Origin: Candidatus Eiseniibacteriota bacterium
Lineage (GTDB): Bacteria; Eisenbacteria; RBG-16-71-46
Length of the DNA: 64,000 nucleotides
Direction: 5' to 3'
Assembly: GCA_044223005.1 (NCBI GenBank)
Contig: JBGAML010000004.1
Coordinates: 224,001 to 288,000 of the forward strand
Positions 38,346-50,203 of the stretch are shown in pieces. A program made the position numbers and the translations under genes. Within the stretch, counting starts at the first letter, position 1; every line of letters begins with the position of its first letter. The notes under the pieces were generated by a model. That model saw only the letters and a program-made list of their open reading frames with translations, did no database searches and was not told the DNA's origin.

Positions 38346-40862
38346 ATGATGCGGCTCACGCCCCCTCCGGGGGCGCGGGGTGGCGCGGGAATCCTGGGCG
38401 CGATCGTCGCCCTCACGGGACTGACGGGCATCTTCGGACTGCTCGTCGGGTCCGTCATACCCGCCGCACGCGCGGCGATCGTCCCGCCGCCCTTCGACGC
38501 GGAGTTCGGGTTCCTGCTCGCAGGGCTTTCGCTCGCATTCCTCGCCGGCAGGCATCGCCGGTCCGCGTTCGTCTGCGCCATGCTCCTCACGCTCATCGCG
38601 GCGCTCGCGTGCCTCGAGTTCTTCGCGCGCGTGGTGCTGGGTTGGGATCCGGCGGCGCTCGGCCCGCTCCGCGGCGTGACGCTCGCGCTCTGGCGCATGC
38701 CTCCTCCCGCGGTGGTCGCGTTCTTCGGGCTCGGCATCCTGCTCCTGCTGTCCGCGAGTTCCCGCTGGCCGCAACGCGCCTCGGTCGCGGGCCTCGGGGC
38801 CAGTGTCCTCGTCGCGCTCGCGGGGCTGGTGCTCGTGGATCGCTGGATCGGGCTGATCGACATGCACGGAGCGGAACTCCTGGGCGAGCTGCCCGCCGGG
38901 GTCTACCTCCAGTTCGTGCTGCTCGGCGTCGCCACCGTGCTCTGGGCGACCGGCGAGCACGATCCCGCGCGCGGCGCCATGGCCTGGTGGCATCCGCTGG
39001 CGCTCGGGATCTGCACCATCCTTCCACTCCTCGGACTCTGGTACGGACTCCGCCAGCAGGAGTTCGCGCTGGTCGCACGAACCAACCGGCTCGCGGCGGC
39101 GGAACTCGCGGCGCGTTGCCAGACCGAGGTCGACGGTCACGTCCGCGCGATGCTGCGCCAGGCCACGCGCTGGAGCCTGCGGCGTCCGACGCAGCGCGAG
39201 TGGGAAACGAACGCCCAGCTGTACATCGGCGGGCACGTGTCGCCGACGGCGCTCGCCGTGGTCGAGACCACCGGCGTCCTGCGCTGGCGTGTGAAGGACG
39301 GCGACCTGGCGCCCGAGGACCTGCGCTGGGTGATCGAGGACGACGTCCGCCTCCGCCGCGCGCAGGGCGCGCCCACGCGCATCGAGGCGCGCTTCGTCGG
39401 CCCCGCGCGACTGGGGAGCGGCGACATCGGTTTCCACGTCGTGGTGCCGCTCGAGGAGTCGGGGCGTGTCGCCGCGTACCAGGTGGGCTCGTTCGACCTG
39501 CAGCGTTTCGTCGACCGGCTCTCGCCCGAGATGCTCGACCACTACGCGATCGAGCTGCTCGAAGGTGGCCGGCCAGCCATCCGGCGCGGCGCCGCGGTCA
39601 CGAGCACCTGGCCGCCGGCGGCGGTGCCGCTCGACATCGGGCCGATGCGGTGGACGCTGCGGCTGTTCCCGCGACAGGGCCCCAATACGGCGCTGTCGTG
39701 GGTGTTCGCCGCGTTCGCGGTCGTGCTGTCGGTGTTGCTCGCGTGGCTCGTACGCCAGGGATACGAGGCCTACCGCCGATCGCGGCAGTTCGAGCGCATT
39801 CTCGATGCGTCACAGGTCGGGTTGCTGCTGCTCGATCTCGAAGGCCGGATCCTCCAGGTGAACTCGACGTCCTGCGAGCTGTTCGGATACGCCCCGGAGG
39901 AACTGCTCGACCGCACGGTCGAAGCACTGGTGCCCGAAGCCGTGCGTGATCGTCACTTGGGCCTGCGCCAGGCGTTCACCGAACGGAGCGGATCGGCCAT
40001 GCGGGGCAACATCGAAGTCACGGCGCAGCGCCGGGACGGTTCGACGTTCGTCGCCGACGTCGGCCTGAGCACGGTGCACCTGGACCGCGGGCGCTGCGTG
40101 CTGGCGATCGTGCGCGACATCTCCGAGCGCGCCGAGGCCCAGCGGGAGCTCCGCCTGCGTACCGAAGAGCTGGCGCGCTCGAATCGCGATCTCGAGCAGT
40201 TCGCCTACATCGCGTCGCACGACCTCCGCGCGCCCCTGCGCGCCGTGGACCATCTCGGCCAGTGGCTGATCGAGGACCTCGACGAGCACATGACCGACGA
40301 GCAGCGCCAGAACGGCGAGCTCCTGCGCCAGCGCGTCCAGCGCATGGACCGCCTGCTCACCGACCTGCTCGACTACGCCCGCGTCACCCAGGTCCGACGC
40401 GCCGCGGAGCCCGTCGATCTCGACAGCCTCGTGCACGACGCCGCGTCCATGCTCGAGTGGCCCGCGGCCTTCGAGTTCCGGCTCGCGCCGGGCCTGCCCC
40501 GGATCGTCACCGACCGCGTGGCGCTGCAGCTGGTGTTCTCCAACCTGCTCGGCAACGCCCTCAAGCACCACGATCGCGCGTCGGGCTGCATCGAGGTCGG
40601 CGCGCGGGATCGGGATCGCCACGTCGAGTTCTTCGTCCGCGACGACGGACCCGGTATTCCCCCGCAGTACCAGGCGAAGGCGTTCGAGATGTTCCAGACG
40701 CTGCGACCTCGCGACGAGGTCGAAGGCAGCGGCATGGGTCTCGCTCTCGTCAAACGCCTCGTCGAGTTCCACGGTGGCACAGTCCAGATCGAATCGGTGG
40801 GGCGCGGCACGACCGTGCGCTTCACCTGGCCAAAGACATGGAAGGAGCCCGCACACGCATGA
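38346..40862 (+). CDS. Multi-TM PAS sensor histidine kinase
   Basis: About 7 N-terminal hydrophobic helices, extracytoplasmic segment, TM, PAS, FAYIASHDLRAPL, NLLGNALKH, DDGPGI, GSGMGL. Confidence 0.92.
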   Translation: MMRLTPPPGARGGAGILGAIVALTGLTGIFGLLVGSVIPAARAAIVPPPFDAEFGFLLAGLSLAFLAGRHRRSAFVCAMLLTLIAALACLEFFARVVLGWDPAALGPLRGVTLALWRMPPPAVVAFFGLGILLLLSASSRWPQRASVAGLGASVLVALAGLVLVDRWIGLIDMHGAELLGELPAGVYLQFVLLGVATVLWATGEHDPARGAMAWWHPLALGICTILPLLGLWYGLRQQEFALVARTNRLAAAELAARCQTEVDGHVRAMLRQATRWSLRRPTQREWETNAQLYIGGHVSPTALAVVETTGVLRWRVKDGDLAPEDLRWVIEDDVRLRRAQGAPTRIEARFVGPARLGSGDIGFHVVVPLEESGRVAAYQVGSFDLQRFVDRLSPEMLDHYAIELLEGGRPAIRRGAAVTSTWPPAAVPLDIGPMRWTLRLFPRQGPNTALSWVFAAFAVVLSVLLAWLVRQGYEAYRRSRQFERILDASQVGLLLLDLEGRILQVNSTSCELFGYAPEELLDRTVEALVPEAVRDRHLGLRQAFTERSGSAMRGNIEVTAQRRDGSTFVADVGLSTVHLDRGRCVLAIVRDISERAEAQRELRLRTEELARSNRDLEQFAYIASHDLRAPLRAVDHLGQWLIEDLDEHMTDEQRQNGELLRQRVQRMDRLLTDLLDYARVTQVRRAAEPVDLDSLVHDAASMLEWPAAFEFRLAPGLPRIVTDRVALQLVFSNLLGNALKHHDRASGCIEVGARDRDRHVEFFVRDDGPGIPPQYQAKAFEMFQTLRPRDEVEGSGMGLALVKRLVEFHGGTVQIESVGRGTTVRFTWPKTWKEPAHA

Positions 40863-41287
40863 ACACGAAGCCCGTGCAGATCCTGCTCGTCGACGATGAC
40901 GAGGTCGACGTCATGGCGGTGCAACGAGCGTTTCGCGAGCGACGCGTGCTGAACCCCATCACCGTCGCACGCGACGGCGTCGAAGCACTGGAGATCCTGA
41001 GGAGCCACAACCAGCCGGGCGGGCTGCCGCGACCCCTGGTCGTGCTGCTCGACCTCAAGATGCCGCGCATGGACGGCCTCGAGCTGCTGGCGGCGATGCG
41101 CGACGATCCGCGCCTGCGGGACGTCACGGTCTTCGTGCTGACGACGTCGAAGCACGACGAGGACATCGCGGCCGCGTACCACCGTCACATCGCGGGCTAC
41201 GTGCTCAAGTCGAACGCCGGGCGGGACTTCATGAGCCTGATCGACCTGCTCGACGCCTACTGGCGCGTGGTCGAGATGCCGTCCTGA
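40859..41287 (+). CDS. Single-domain response regulator (Rcp1-like)
   Basis: LLVDDD, LLDLKMPRMDG, VLTTS, YVLK, YW; ATGA overlap with the kinase. Confidence 0.93.
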   Translation: MNTKPVQILLVDDDEVDVMAVQRAFRERRVLNPITVARDGVEALEILRSHNQPGGLPRPLVVLLDLKMPRMDGLELLAAMRDDPRLRDVTVFVLTTSKHDEDIAAAYHRHIAGYVLKSNAGRDFMSLIDLLDAYWRVVEMPS

Positions 41288-41294
41288 CGCGGCG

Positions 41295-43007
41295 TCACGC
41301 CGCCGCGAGGTCGAGCCGCGCGTCGAGGTCGGTCGCCGTCAGGGCGTTGGACAGCAGGAAGCCCTGCAGGCGGTCGGCCCCGAGCCGGCAGGCCAGCTCG
41401 GCCTGCTCCTTCGTTTCGACGCCCTCGACCACGCTCTCCAGTTCGAGGCTGCGCGCCATCGTGAGCACCGACATCAGCAGGCGCTGATCGCGATCGACCG
41501 TGGTCGCGCCGTGCAGCAGCGACTTGTCGATCTTCAGCACGCGGATCGGGAACAGCCGCAGGTGCGAGAGCGACGAGAACCCGGTACCGAAATCGTCGAG
41601 CGCGATGCTCGCTCCCATTTCGGCGAGGCTCTGCAGGACCTCGGACGCGCGCCCGTGGGCCTCGACGATCGCGTTCTCGGTGATCTCGAACTCGAGATCG
41701 CTGGCCTCGAGGTCGTTCTCCGCGAGCGCGGCCCGGACGATCCCGGGGAGCGCATCGTTGCGCAGCTGCGCGGCCGAGAGGTTCACGCAGGCCACGGGCC
41801 GGTAGCCGTTCGCGAGCGGTCGTGACCGCCACGCGCGCACGCGCCGGCAGGTCTCGTGCAGCACCCACGAGCCGATCGGCACGATCAGGCCGCTGTCCTC
41901 GGCGATGTCGAGGAACTCGGCGGGCGAGAGCAGGCCGCGCGTGGGATGCCGCCAGCGCAGCAGCGACTCGATCGCGACGATGTCGTCGCCGCGGCGATGG
42001 AACTGCGGCTGGTAGTAGACCTCGAACGCGTCGCTCGCGAGCGCCGCGCGCAACTCGCGTTCGAGGGTGACGCGCCGGACGGCCTCGACGTTGAGGCTCT
42101 CGGAGTAGAACGAGATGCGATTGCGTCCGGCGCGCTTCGATCGGTACATGGCGAGATCGGCGTGCTTCATGAGCTCGTCGGCGGTGCTCGCGCCCGACGG
42201 ATAGCAGGCGACGCCGATGCTCACCGAGCAGTTCACGTCCACGGACTCGACGCGGATGGGACGTTCCAGCGCCGCGAGCAGCCGCTGGGCGAGGTGATGC
42301 GCCTGGGCCGCGGTGGCGAACTCGTGCGCGAGCACCGCGAACTCGTCGCCGCCCAGCCGGCACAGCATGTCGCCGCCGCGCAGCGTGCCCTGGAGCCGGC
42401 GCGCGACCTCGGCGAGCAGCGTGTCCCCGGCGTCGTGGCCGTAGCTGTCGTTGATGTACTTGAAGTTGTCGATGTCCAGCAGCAGCAGTGCGAGCGGCCG
42501 GCCGTGGCGCTGGGCGAGCGGCATCGCCGCACGCAGGCTTTCGTCGAAGAAGCGCCGGTTCGCGAGCCCGGTGAGCGGGTCGTGCTGCGCGAGCGAGCGG
42601 ATCTCCTCGTTGTTGCGCCGCAGTGTCTCCTCGAGCCGGAACCGCTGCTGCGCCTGGGTGAGCGCACGGTAGAGGTGCCGCGGGTCGAGGTCGTCCTTGA
42701 AGAGGTAGTCCTGCGCGCCTTCTTCGAGGCAGCGCACGGCGAGCCCCTCGTCGTCGAGGCCGCTCAGGATCAGCACGGCGCACTGCGTGCCCGGGCCGGA
42801 GCGCAGCTTGTGCAGCGCGTCCAGACCCTCGGCGTCCGGCAGACGATAGTCGAGCAGCACGGCATCGTAGTGATGCCGTGCGAACTCGGCGAGACCGTCC
42901 GATGCTGTCGCGCATTCCACGATGTCGGACGCAGGGATGCGGCGCAGGAGTGCACGGCGTGCGTTGGCCCGATCGAAATCGTCGTCGTCGATCAGCAGGA
43001 TACGCAT
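41295..43007 (-). CDS. REC-GGDEF-EAL diguanylate cyclase/phosphodiesterase
   Basis: Receiver (LIDDD, LLDY), HDPLTGLANRR, RLGGDEF, ESLLRW (EAL variant), DDFGTG, EGVE. Confidence 0.95.
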   Translation of the reverse strand: MRILLIDDDDFDRANARRALLRRIPASDIVECATASDGLAEFARHHYDAVLLDYRLPDAEGLDALHKLRSGPGTQCAVLILSGLDDEGLAVRCLEEGAQDYLFKDDLDPRHLYRALTQAQQRFRLEETLRRNNEEIRSLAQHDPLTGLANRRFFDESLRAAMPLAQRHGRPLALLLLDIDNFKYINDSYGHDAGDTLLAEVARRLQGTLRGGDMLCRLGGDEFAVLAHEFATAAQAHHLAQRLLAALERPIRVESVDVNCSVSIGVACYPSGASTADELMKHADLAMYRSKRAGRNRISFYSESLNVEAVRRVTLERELRAALASDAFEVYYQPQFHRRGDDIVAIESLLRWRHPTRGLLSPAEFLDIAEDSGLIVPIGSWVLHETCRRVRAWRSRPLANGYRPVACVNLSAAQLRNDALPGIVRAALAENDLEASDLEFEITENAIVEAHGRASEVLQSLAEMGASIALDDFGTGFSSLSHLRLFPIRVLKIDKSLLHGATTVDRDQRLLMSVLTMARSLELESVVEGVETKEQAELACRLGADRLQGFLLSNALTATDLDARLDLAAA

Positions 43008-43309
43008 GCGTTCCTCTGAGGTGTTTCCGAGGGCCGGCTCCTCAATTGTCGACGCGCAGGCCGGGGGCTTGAGATGGTCGGCTCAAGTTGTCAGGCTGGT
43101 TGCTCGCTCGCCGGGGAAGTCGCGCGGGGGTGCGGTATTGGCGCCGTACACGCGGTCGTATACTGGCGCCGTCCGCGGGCCGATCGGAGCTGCGAAGCGC
43201 TTCCGGCACGCGGAAGCCGGCCGGATCGGCCGCGCCACCGTGGCTCCCCACCGGCGAGGACCGTCATGCGGCAGCACGTCGTGAGTACGATCGCGCAGGC
43301 GTCCGTCGC

Positions 43310-44509
43310 ATGAGCGGAACCGTCGCGGACGCGATCGTCGCCGGCGCCGGCCTCGTGGGGCTCGCCACCGCGCGCGCCCTGCAGCGCGCCGGCCGTCGCG
43401 ACGTGCACGTACTCGAGGCCGCGAGCGACGTCGCCGCGCACCAGTCGGGGCGCAACAGCGGCGTCGTGCACTCGGGGCTCTATTACGCGCCCGGCTCGCG
43501 CAAGGCACGCCTCTGCGTCGACGGCCGGCTCGCGCTCGAGCGCTACGTGGCCGAACGCGACATCGCGTACGAACGCTGCGGCAAGCTCGTGGTCGCGACG
43601 CGCCCGGAGGAACTGCCGCGCCTCGCCGAGCTCGAACGCCGAGGCGCCGCCAACGGGCTCGAGGGGATCGAGCGGCTGGACGCCGCGGGCATCCGCGCGC
43701 GCGAGCCGCACGCCGCGGGGCTCGCCGGGCTGTGGGTGCCGCAGACCGGCGTCGTGGACTTCGTCGCGATGGCGCGCGCGCTGGCGGCCGACGTCGCGGC
43801 CGCGGGCGGCACGGTGGAGACGGGCGTGCGCGTCCTCGCCGCGCGCCGCGAGGGCGAGACGCTCGTCGTGGCGACGTCGGCCGGCGAACGGCGCGCCCGC
43901 GCGCTCGTGGGTTGCGCGGGGCTGCACGCCGACCGGCTCGCGCGCGCGTGCGGGCTCGAGCCGGACGTGCGCATCGTGCCGTTCCGCGGCGAGTATCACG
44001 TGCTCGCCGAGGCGCGGCGTTCGCTCGTGCGCGGCCTCATCTATCCGGTGCCGGATCCGCGCTTCCCGTTCCTCGGCGTTCATTTCACGCGCCGGGTGAG
44101 TGGCGAGGTCGAGGCCGGGCCCAACGCGGTGCTCGCGTTCGCGCGCGAGGGCTATACGTGGGGCACGTTCGCGTGGCGCGATGTCGTCGAGACGCTCGCG
44201 TGGCCGGGCTTCCGCGCGCTCGCGGCGCGCCATGCCGCGTACGGTGCGGGGGAAATGCGCCGCTCGCTCGACCGCCGCGCGTTCGCCGAGGCGCTGCGCC
44301 GGCTGCTGCCCGAGCTGCGCGACGACGACCTGCGCCCCGCGCGCGCGGGCGTGCGCGCGCAGGCGCTCGCGCGCAGCGGGCTGCTGGTCGAGGACTTCGC
44401 GCTGGCCGAAACGCAGGGGCAGCTCCATGTCCTCAACGCGCCGTCCCCGGCGGCCACGGCGAGCCTGGCGATCGGGGAGTGGATCGCGGAACGGCTGGAA
44501 CGGGCGTGA
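43310..44509 (+). CDS. lhgO: L-2-hydroxyglutarate oxidase
   Basis: GAGLVG, HQSGRNSGVVHSGLYY, PFRGEY, IYPVPDPRFPFLGVHFT, GVRAQA, NAPSPAATASL. Confidence 0.93.
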   Translation: MSGTVADAIVAGAGLVGLATARALQRAGRRDVHVLEAASDVAAHQSGRNSGVVHSGLYYAPGSRKARLCVDGRLALERYVAERDIAYERCGKLVVATRPEELPRLAELERRGAANGLEGIERLDAAGIRAREPHAAGLAGLWVPQTGVVDFVAMARALAADVAAAGGTVETGVRVLAARREGETLVVATSAGERRARALVGCAGLHADRLARACGLEPDVRIVPFRGEYHVLAEARRSLVRGLIYPVPDPRFPFLGVHFTRRVSGEVEAGPNAVLAFAREGYTWGTFAWRDVVETLAWPGFRALAARHAAYGAGEMRRSLDRRAFAEALRRLLPELRDDDLRPARAGVRAQALARSGLLVEDFALAETQGQLHVLNAPSPAATASLAIGEWIAERLERA

Positions 44510-44626
44510 TCTCCGCGAGTTCCGGCATTCCCGTGACCGGGGCCCGGCGTCGAGCCTTTCGCAGTCCTGAATCTCCCAGCCGATCGAGTACTCCAACCGG
44601 GTGACCTTCACAGGGAGACAATCCAG

Positions 44627-45013
44627 ATGGCGACCCAGGAACTGACCGCGCAGACCTTCGAGAGCACCGTCGTCGAGAACCCGATCGTCCTCGTGGACTG
44701 GTGGGCGCCGTGGTGCGGCCCGTGCCGCACGTTCGGGCCGATCTACGAGCGCGTTTCCGAGAAGCACCCGGACATCACGTTCGCGAAGGTGAACACCGAG
44801 CAGGAGCAGGATCTCGCCGGGTCGTTCAACATCATGTCGATCCCGACGCTGATGGTCTTCCGCGAAAAGGTGCTGCTCTACTCGCAGCCCGGCATGCTGC
44901 CCGAGGAAGCGCTCGACGACCTGATCCGCCAGGTGCGCGCGCTCGACATGGACGACATCCGGCGCCAGATCGAGGAGCAGCAGCGACAGGCGGGGAGTTC
45001 GACGAGCAACTGA
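44627..45013 (+). CDS. trxA: Thioredoxin
   Basis: WAPWCGPC, SIPTL. Confidence 0.93.
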   Translation: MATQELTAQTFESTVVENPIVLVDWWAPWCGPCRTFGPIYERVSEKHPDITFAKVNTEQEQDLAGSFNIMSIPTLMVFREKVLLYSQPGMLPEEALDDLIRQVRALDMDDIRRQIEEQQRQAGSSTSN

Positions 45014-45436
45014 GCGGGCCGGATTCCGGCCACGCGGATCATCGCGGCCGGTTTCGCTCGTTCTCGCGTCCGCGTCCGCGGCCGCGTGCGGCCCTCGCCG
45101 CGCGTCGCGGCGGCTGGTCCACGAACCAGGTGCACGCGCCGGGAAGCTCGCTCGCATGAAACCGATTTCATGCGATTCCCGCCGAGATCACGCCCTGTCA
45201 GAAGCGCGGGCACCTGCCAGCTTGTCCGGCATGACGCGCGCAGGCGGATGCCTCGTGTGACCCGGAAGCGGCGCGCTTGCAGTCGCTTTGCCGGACCGTG
45301 ACGTCCGGAACACGACGCGCGCCGAATGCCGAACCCCTTGTCCTTTCACGTCTACAAGCTGCCATCCCTACCGGTAGGATGCGCACGGGACTGCGATCCC
45401 GCACCGCGCACCGGGAAACGTCCTCCGTGGCACGGT

Positions 45437-45452
45437 TGGCGCTCCGATTGCT
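45437..45452 (+). promoter_or_regulatory. Putative sigma54 (-24/-12) promoter of gdhA
   Basis: TGGCGC-N5-TTGCT with exact GG-N10-GC spacing, 44 nt upstream of the ATG and its AAAGGAG RBS. Confidence 0.5.
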
Positions 45453-45483
45453 GATCAGTTGGGACTTGTTTCGATCCCATTGA

Positions 45484-46905
<1,422 letters not shown>

Positions 46906-46933
46906 GCATCACGCATCACGGTCGGGCAGCAAG

Positions 46934-46968
46934 CACGCGGGGCGGCGAACGATTCGCCGCCCCGCGTG
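46934..46968 (+). terminator. Perfect 16-bp hairpin after gdhA
   Basis: CACGCGGGGCGGCGAA-CGA-TTCGCCGCCCCGCGTG followed by ATATTT. Confidence 0.75.
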
Positions 46969-47179
46969 ATATTTCGGGGGCCGTTCCGGGGCACGCCACG
47001 AGGCACGCGCGCGTCGGCCACGGCGGGCGTGCGACAGCCTCGCGCGGTCACCGGGAGACGCACGGCGCTTCGTTTCCATCGCGCGCTGGCCATGCGCCGG
47101 GCACGAGCCATCCCGCCGCGGGATCGTGCGCCCTTCGACCACCTTCCGCTCTTCGCGCGCGTGGGCGAAGATGCGTCTC

Positions 47180-50170
47180 ATGAGCCCGACCTTGCCGCAT
47201 TCCACGCCGCCGACCTCGGATCCCGTCAATCCGTTCCTCGCGTTCCAGCGGCTGATGCCGTTCCGCGTGCACGACATCCTGCTGGTCTCGAGTCTCTACG
47301 ACAGCTTCACGCTGCAGGAAGACGGGCGGCTCAACGAGCTCATCGTGGGGGAGTTTCTCGAACTCAGTTCGTCCCAGACTCCCGGATTGACGCACGTCTC
47401 GACGGGCGCCGAGGCCATCGCGCTGGCGAAGGCCGAGCCGCGCTTCAATCTCATCGTCACCGCGCTGCGGCCGGGCGACATGGACGCCGTCGAACTCGCG
47501 CGGCGCGTGAAGGCCTCGGGGCTCGACGTTCCCGTGGTGGCGCTGGCGTACGACAACCAGGAGCGCAAGGACTTCATCGCCGGGCGCGACCTCTCCAACA
47601 TCGAGCAGCTCTGGCTGTGGCAGGGCGACGCGCGGATCCTGGTCGCGATCGTGAAGAGCGTCGAGGACCGCCGCAACGTCGCGCACGACACGGCGACCGC
47701 GGGCGTGCCGGTGGTGCTCGTGGTCGAGGACAACGTCCGCTACTACTCGAGCTTCCTGCCGACGATCTACACCGAGATCATCGGGCAGTCCGAGCGGCTC
47801 CTGCGCGAAGGCTTCAACGCGTCGCACAAGCTCGTGCGGCTGCGCGCGCGGCCCAAGATCCTGCTCGCGAACACTTATGAAGAGGCCGAGCGGCTGATCG
47901 AGGCCTACGGGCCCTACCTGCTCGGCATGATCTCGGACGTCGAGTTCCCGCGCGACGGAAGGCTCTCGCGCGAGGCCGGCTTCGACCTCACGCGGCACGC
48001 GCGCACCGTGGCGCCGGACCTGCCGATCCTGCTGCAGTCGAGCCGCGAGGAGTTCGCCGAGGGCGCCGTGACGGTGGGCGCGACGTTCCTGCGCAAGTAC
48101 TCCGAGACGCTCCTGGCGGACCTGCGCGCGTTCATGGTCGACAACTTCGCGTTCGGCGACTTCGTCTTCCGCATGCCCGACGGGCGCGAGGTGGCGCGCG
48201 CGAGCGACCTCAAGACGCTCGAAGAGCGGCTGGCGAACGTGCCGGAGGACTGCCTCGTCTACCACGGCCAGCGCAACCACTTCTCGCGCTGGTTCACGGC
48301 GCGCACCGAGTTCGCGCTCGCGCGCAAGCTGCGCCCGCGCCGCGTCGCCGACTTCGCGAGCCCCGAGCAGCTTCGCCGGGACCTGCTGGCGTCGATCGCC
48401 GAGTACCGGCGCGAGCAGAGCGAGACGCTGGTCGCGGACTTCGACCGCGAGTCGTTCGACCCGCGCGCCAACTTCTTCACGCGCCTGGGCGGCGGCTCGC
48501 TGGGCGGCAAGGCGCGCGGCCTGGCGTTCGTGCGCTTCCTGCTCAACTACCACGGCGTCACGCGCCGCTTCCCAGGCGTGCGGATCGGCGTGCCGCAGGC
48601 GATGGTGCTGGCGACGGACATCTTCGACGACTTCCTCGTCCGCAACGACCTGCGCGCGTTCGCGCTCGAATCCCACGACGACGCCGCCATCCGCGAGCGG
48701 TTCCTGCAGGCCCGCCTGCCGGGCTGGGTGATCGATTCGCTCGCCGTGTTCCTCGAGGGCGTGCACTGGCCGCTCGCGGTGCGCAGCTCGAGCCTGCTCG
48801 AGGACTCGCAATACCAGCCGTTCACCGGCGTCTACGACACGTTCATGCTACCCAACGATGCCGAGTCGCTCGAGGTGCGGCTGCACCAGCTGGTCGAGGC
48901 GATCCAGCGCGTCTACGCGTCGACCTTCTCCACGAGCGCCAAGGACTACCTGCGCGCGACGCCTTACCGGCTGGAGCAGGAGAAGATGGCGGTCGTGATC
49001 CAGCGCGTGGTGGGAGGCGTGCACGGCAACCGCTTCTATCCCGACTTCTCGGGCGTCGGCCGCTCGCGCAACTTCTACCCGCCGCCGGGACTCAAGCCCG
49101 AGGACGGCCTCGCCGTCGTCGCGCTCGGTCTGGGCCGCAGCGTGGTCGAGGGCGGGCAGTGCCTGCAGTTCTGCCCCCGCGATCCGCAGCACCTCATCCA
49201 GTTCTCCGCCGTCGAAGACATCCTGCAGAACTCGCAGCGCGAGTTCTGGGCCGTGGAACTCGGCCAGCACGCCGTCGCGAACCCCGAGGACGCGCTGCGC
49301 GAGACGAACTTCGGGCTCGACGTCGCCGAACGCGACGGCACGCTCTACGCGCTGGGGTCCACCTACTCGCACGAGAACCAGGCGATCTACGACGGCCTCT
49401 CGCGGCCGGGCGTGCGGCTCGTCACGTTCGCGCCCATCCTCAAGCACGGCGTGTTCCCGCTCGCCGAGGTGCTCGAACTGCTGCTCGACCTGGGCGCGCG
49501 CGGCATGAACCGTCCCGCCGAGATCGAGTTCGCCGCGCGGCTGTCGGCGAACGAGGACGAGCCGCACGAGTTCGCGTTCCTGCAGATGCGCCCGCTCTCG
49601 CTCACGCCCGACGGCGACACGCCCGACGTCGAGGAGCCGGACACGAAGAAGCTCGTCTGCGCGAGCCCGCGCGTGCTCGGCAACGGCACCGTGAGCGACC
49701 TTCGCGACGTGGTGGTCGTGGATTTCCACCGCTTCGACCGCTCGAAGAGCGTCGAGGCCGCGGCGGAGGTCGCGCGCTTCAACGCCCGCCTCGTCGCCGA
49801 GGGCCGCCCGTACCTGCTGATCGGCGTCGGGCGCTGGGGCTCGACGGATCCGTGGCTCGGGATTCCCGTCACGTGGGACCAGATCAGCGGCGCCCGCGTG
49901 ATCGTCGAATCGGGCTTCCGCGACTTCCGCGTGACGCCTTCGCAGGGCAGCCACTTCTTCCAGAACCTGACCTCGTTCCAGATCGGGTACTTCACCGTGA
50001 ACCCGAACGAGGGCTTCGTGGACTGGGACTGGCTCGCGGCGAAGGGCTTCGGCCAGCACGGCCTGGTGCATCACCTGGCGTTCGAGCAGCCGCTCGCCGT
50101 GCTCATGGACGGCCGCGCGGGCCGCGGCATCGTGTACAAGCCCGGCGAGTTCCGGCCCAGCGAGCTCTAG
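47180..50170 (+). CDS. Receiver-domain + PEP/pyruvate-binding (PPDK_N, ATP-grasp) protein of unknown function
   Basis: Two receiver-like N-terminal domains; LGGKARGL, PLAVRSSSLLEDS, MAVVIQ, GLGRSVVEGG, EIEFA, FLQMRP, PSQGSHFFQN. No phospho-His swivel domain seen. Start 47171 or 47180. Confidence 0.85.
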   Translation: MSPTLPHSTPPTSDPVNPFLAFQRLMPFRVHDILLVSSLYDSFTLQEDGRLNELIVGEFLELSSSQTPGLTHVSTGAEAIALAKAEPRFNLIVTALRPGDMDAVELARRVKASGLDVPVVALAYDNQERKDFIAGRDLSNIEQLWLWQGDARILVAIVKSVEDRRNVAHDTATAGVPVVLVVEDNVRYYSSFLPTIYTEIIGQSERLLREGFNASHKLVRLRARPKILLANTYEEAERLIEAYGPYLLGMISDVEFPRDGRLSREAGFDLTRHARTVAPDLPILLQSSREEFAEGAVTVGATFLRKYSETLLADLRAFMVDNFAFGDFVFRMPDGREVARASDLKTLEERLANVPEDCLVYHGQRNHFSRWFTARTEFALARKLRPRRVADFASPEQLRRDLLASIAEYRREQSETLVADFDRESFDPRANFFTRLGGGSLGGKARGLAFVRFLLNYHGVTRRFPGVRIGVPQAMVLATDIFDDFLVRNDLRAFALESHDDAAIRERFLQARLPGWVIDSLAVFLEGVHWPLAVRSSSLLEDSQYQPFTGVYDTFMLPNDAESLEVRLHQLVEAIQRVYASTFSTSAKDYLRATPYRLEQEKMAVVIQRVVGGVHGNRFYPDFSGVGRSRNFYPPPGLKPEDGLAVVALGLGRSVVEGGQCLQFCPRDPQHLIQFSAVEDILQNSQREFWAVELGQHAVANPEDALRETNFGLDVAERDGTLYALGSTYSHENQAIYDGLSRPGVRLVTFAPILKHGVFPLAEVLELLLDLGARGMNRPAEIEFAARLSANEDEPHEFAFLQMRPLSLTPDGDTPDVEEPDTKKLVCASPRVLGNGTVSDLRDVVVVDFHRFDRSKSVEAAAEVARFNARLVAEGRPYLLIGVGRWGSTDPWLGIPVTWDQISGARVIVESGFRDFRVTPSQGSHFFQNLTSFQIGYFTVNPNEGFVDWDWLAAKGFGQHGLVHHLAFEQPLAVLMDGRAGRGIVYKPGEFRPSEL

Positions 50171-50203
50171 CGCGGGCGGCGCGGGAGCGCCCCCTCGCCG
50201 CAG

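Noticed and set aside
43068..43165. CTTGAG-N8-CTCAAG inverted repeat and a TA(T/C)TGGCGCCGT direct repeat in the GGDEF-lhgO intergenic region
   Set aside because: Short, no second occurrence noticed and no cognate regulator nearby; could be chance.
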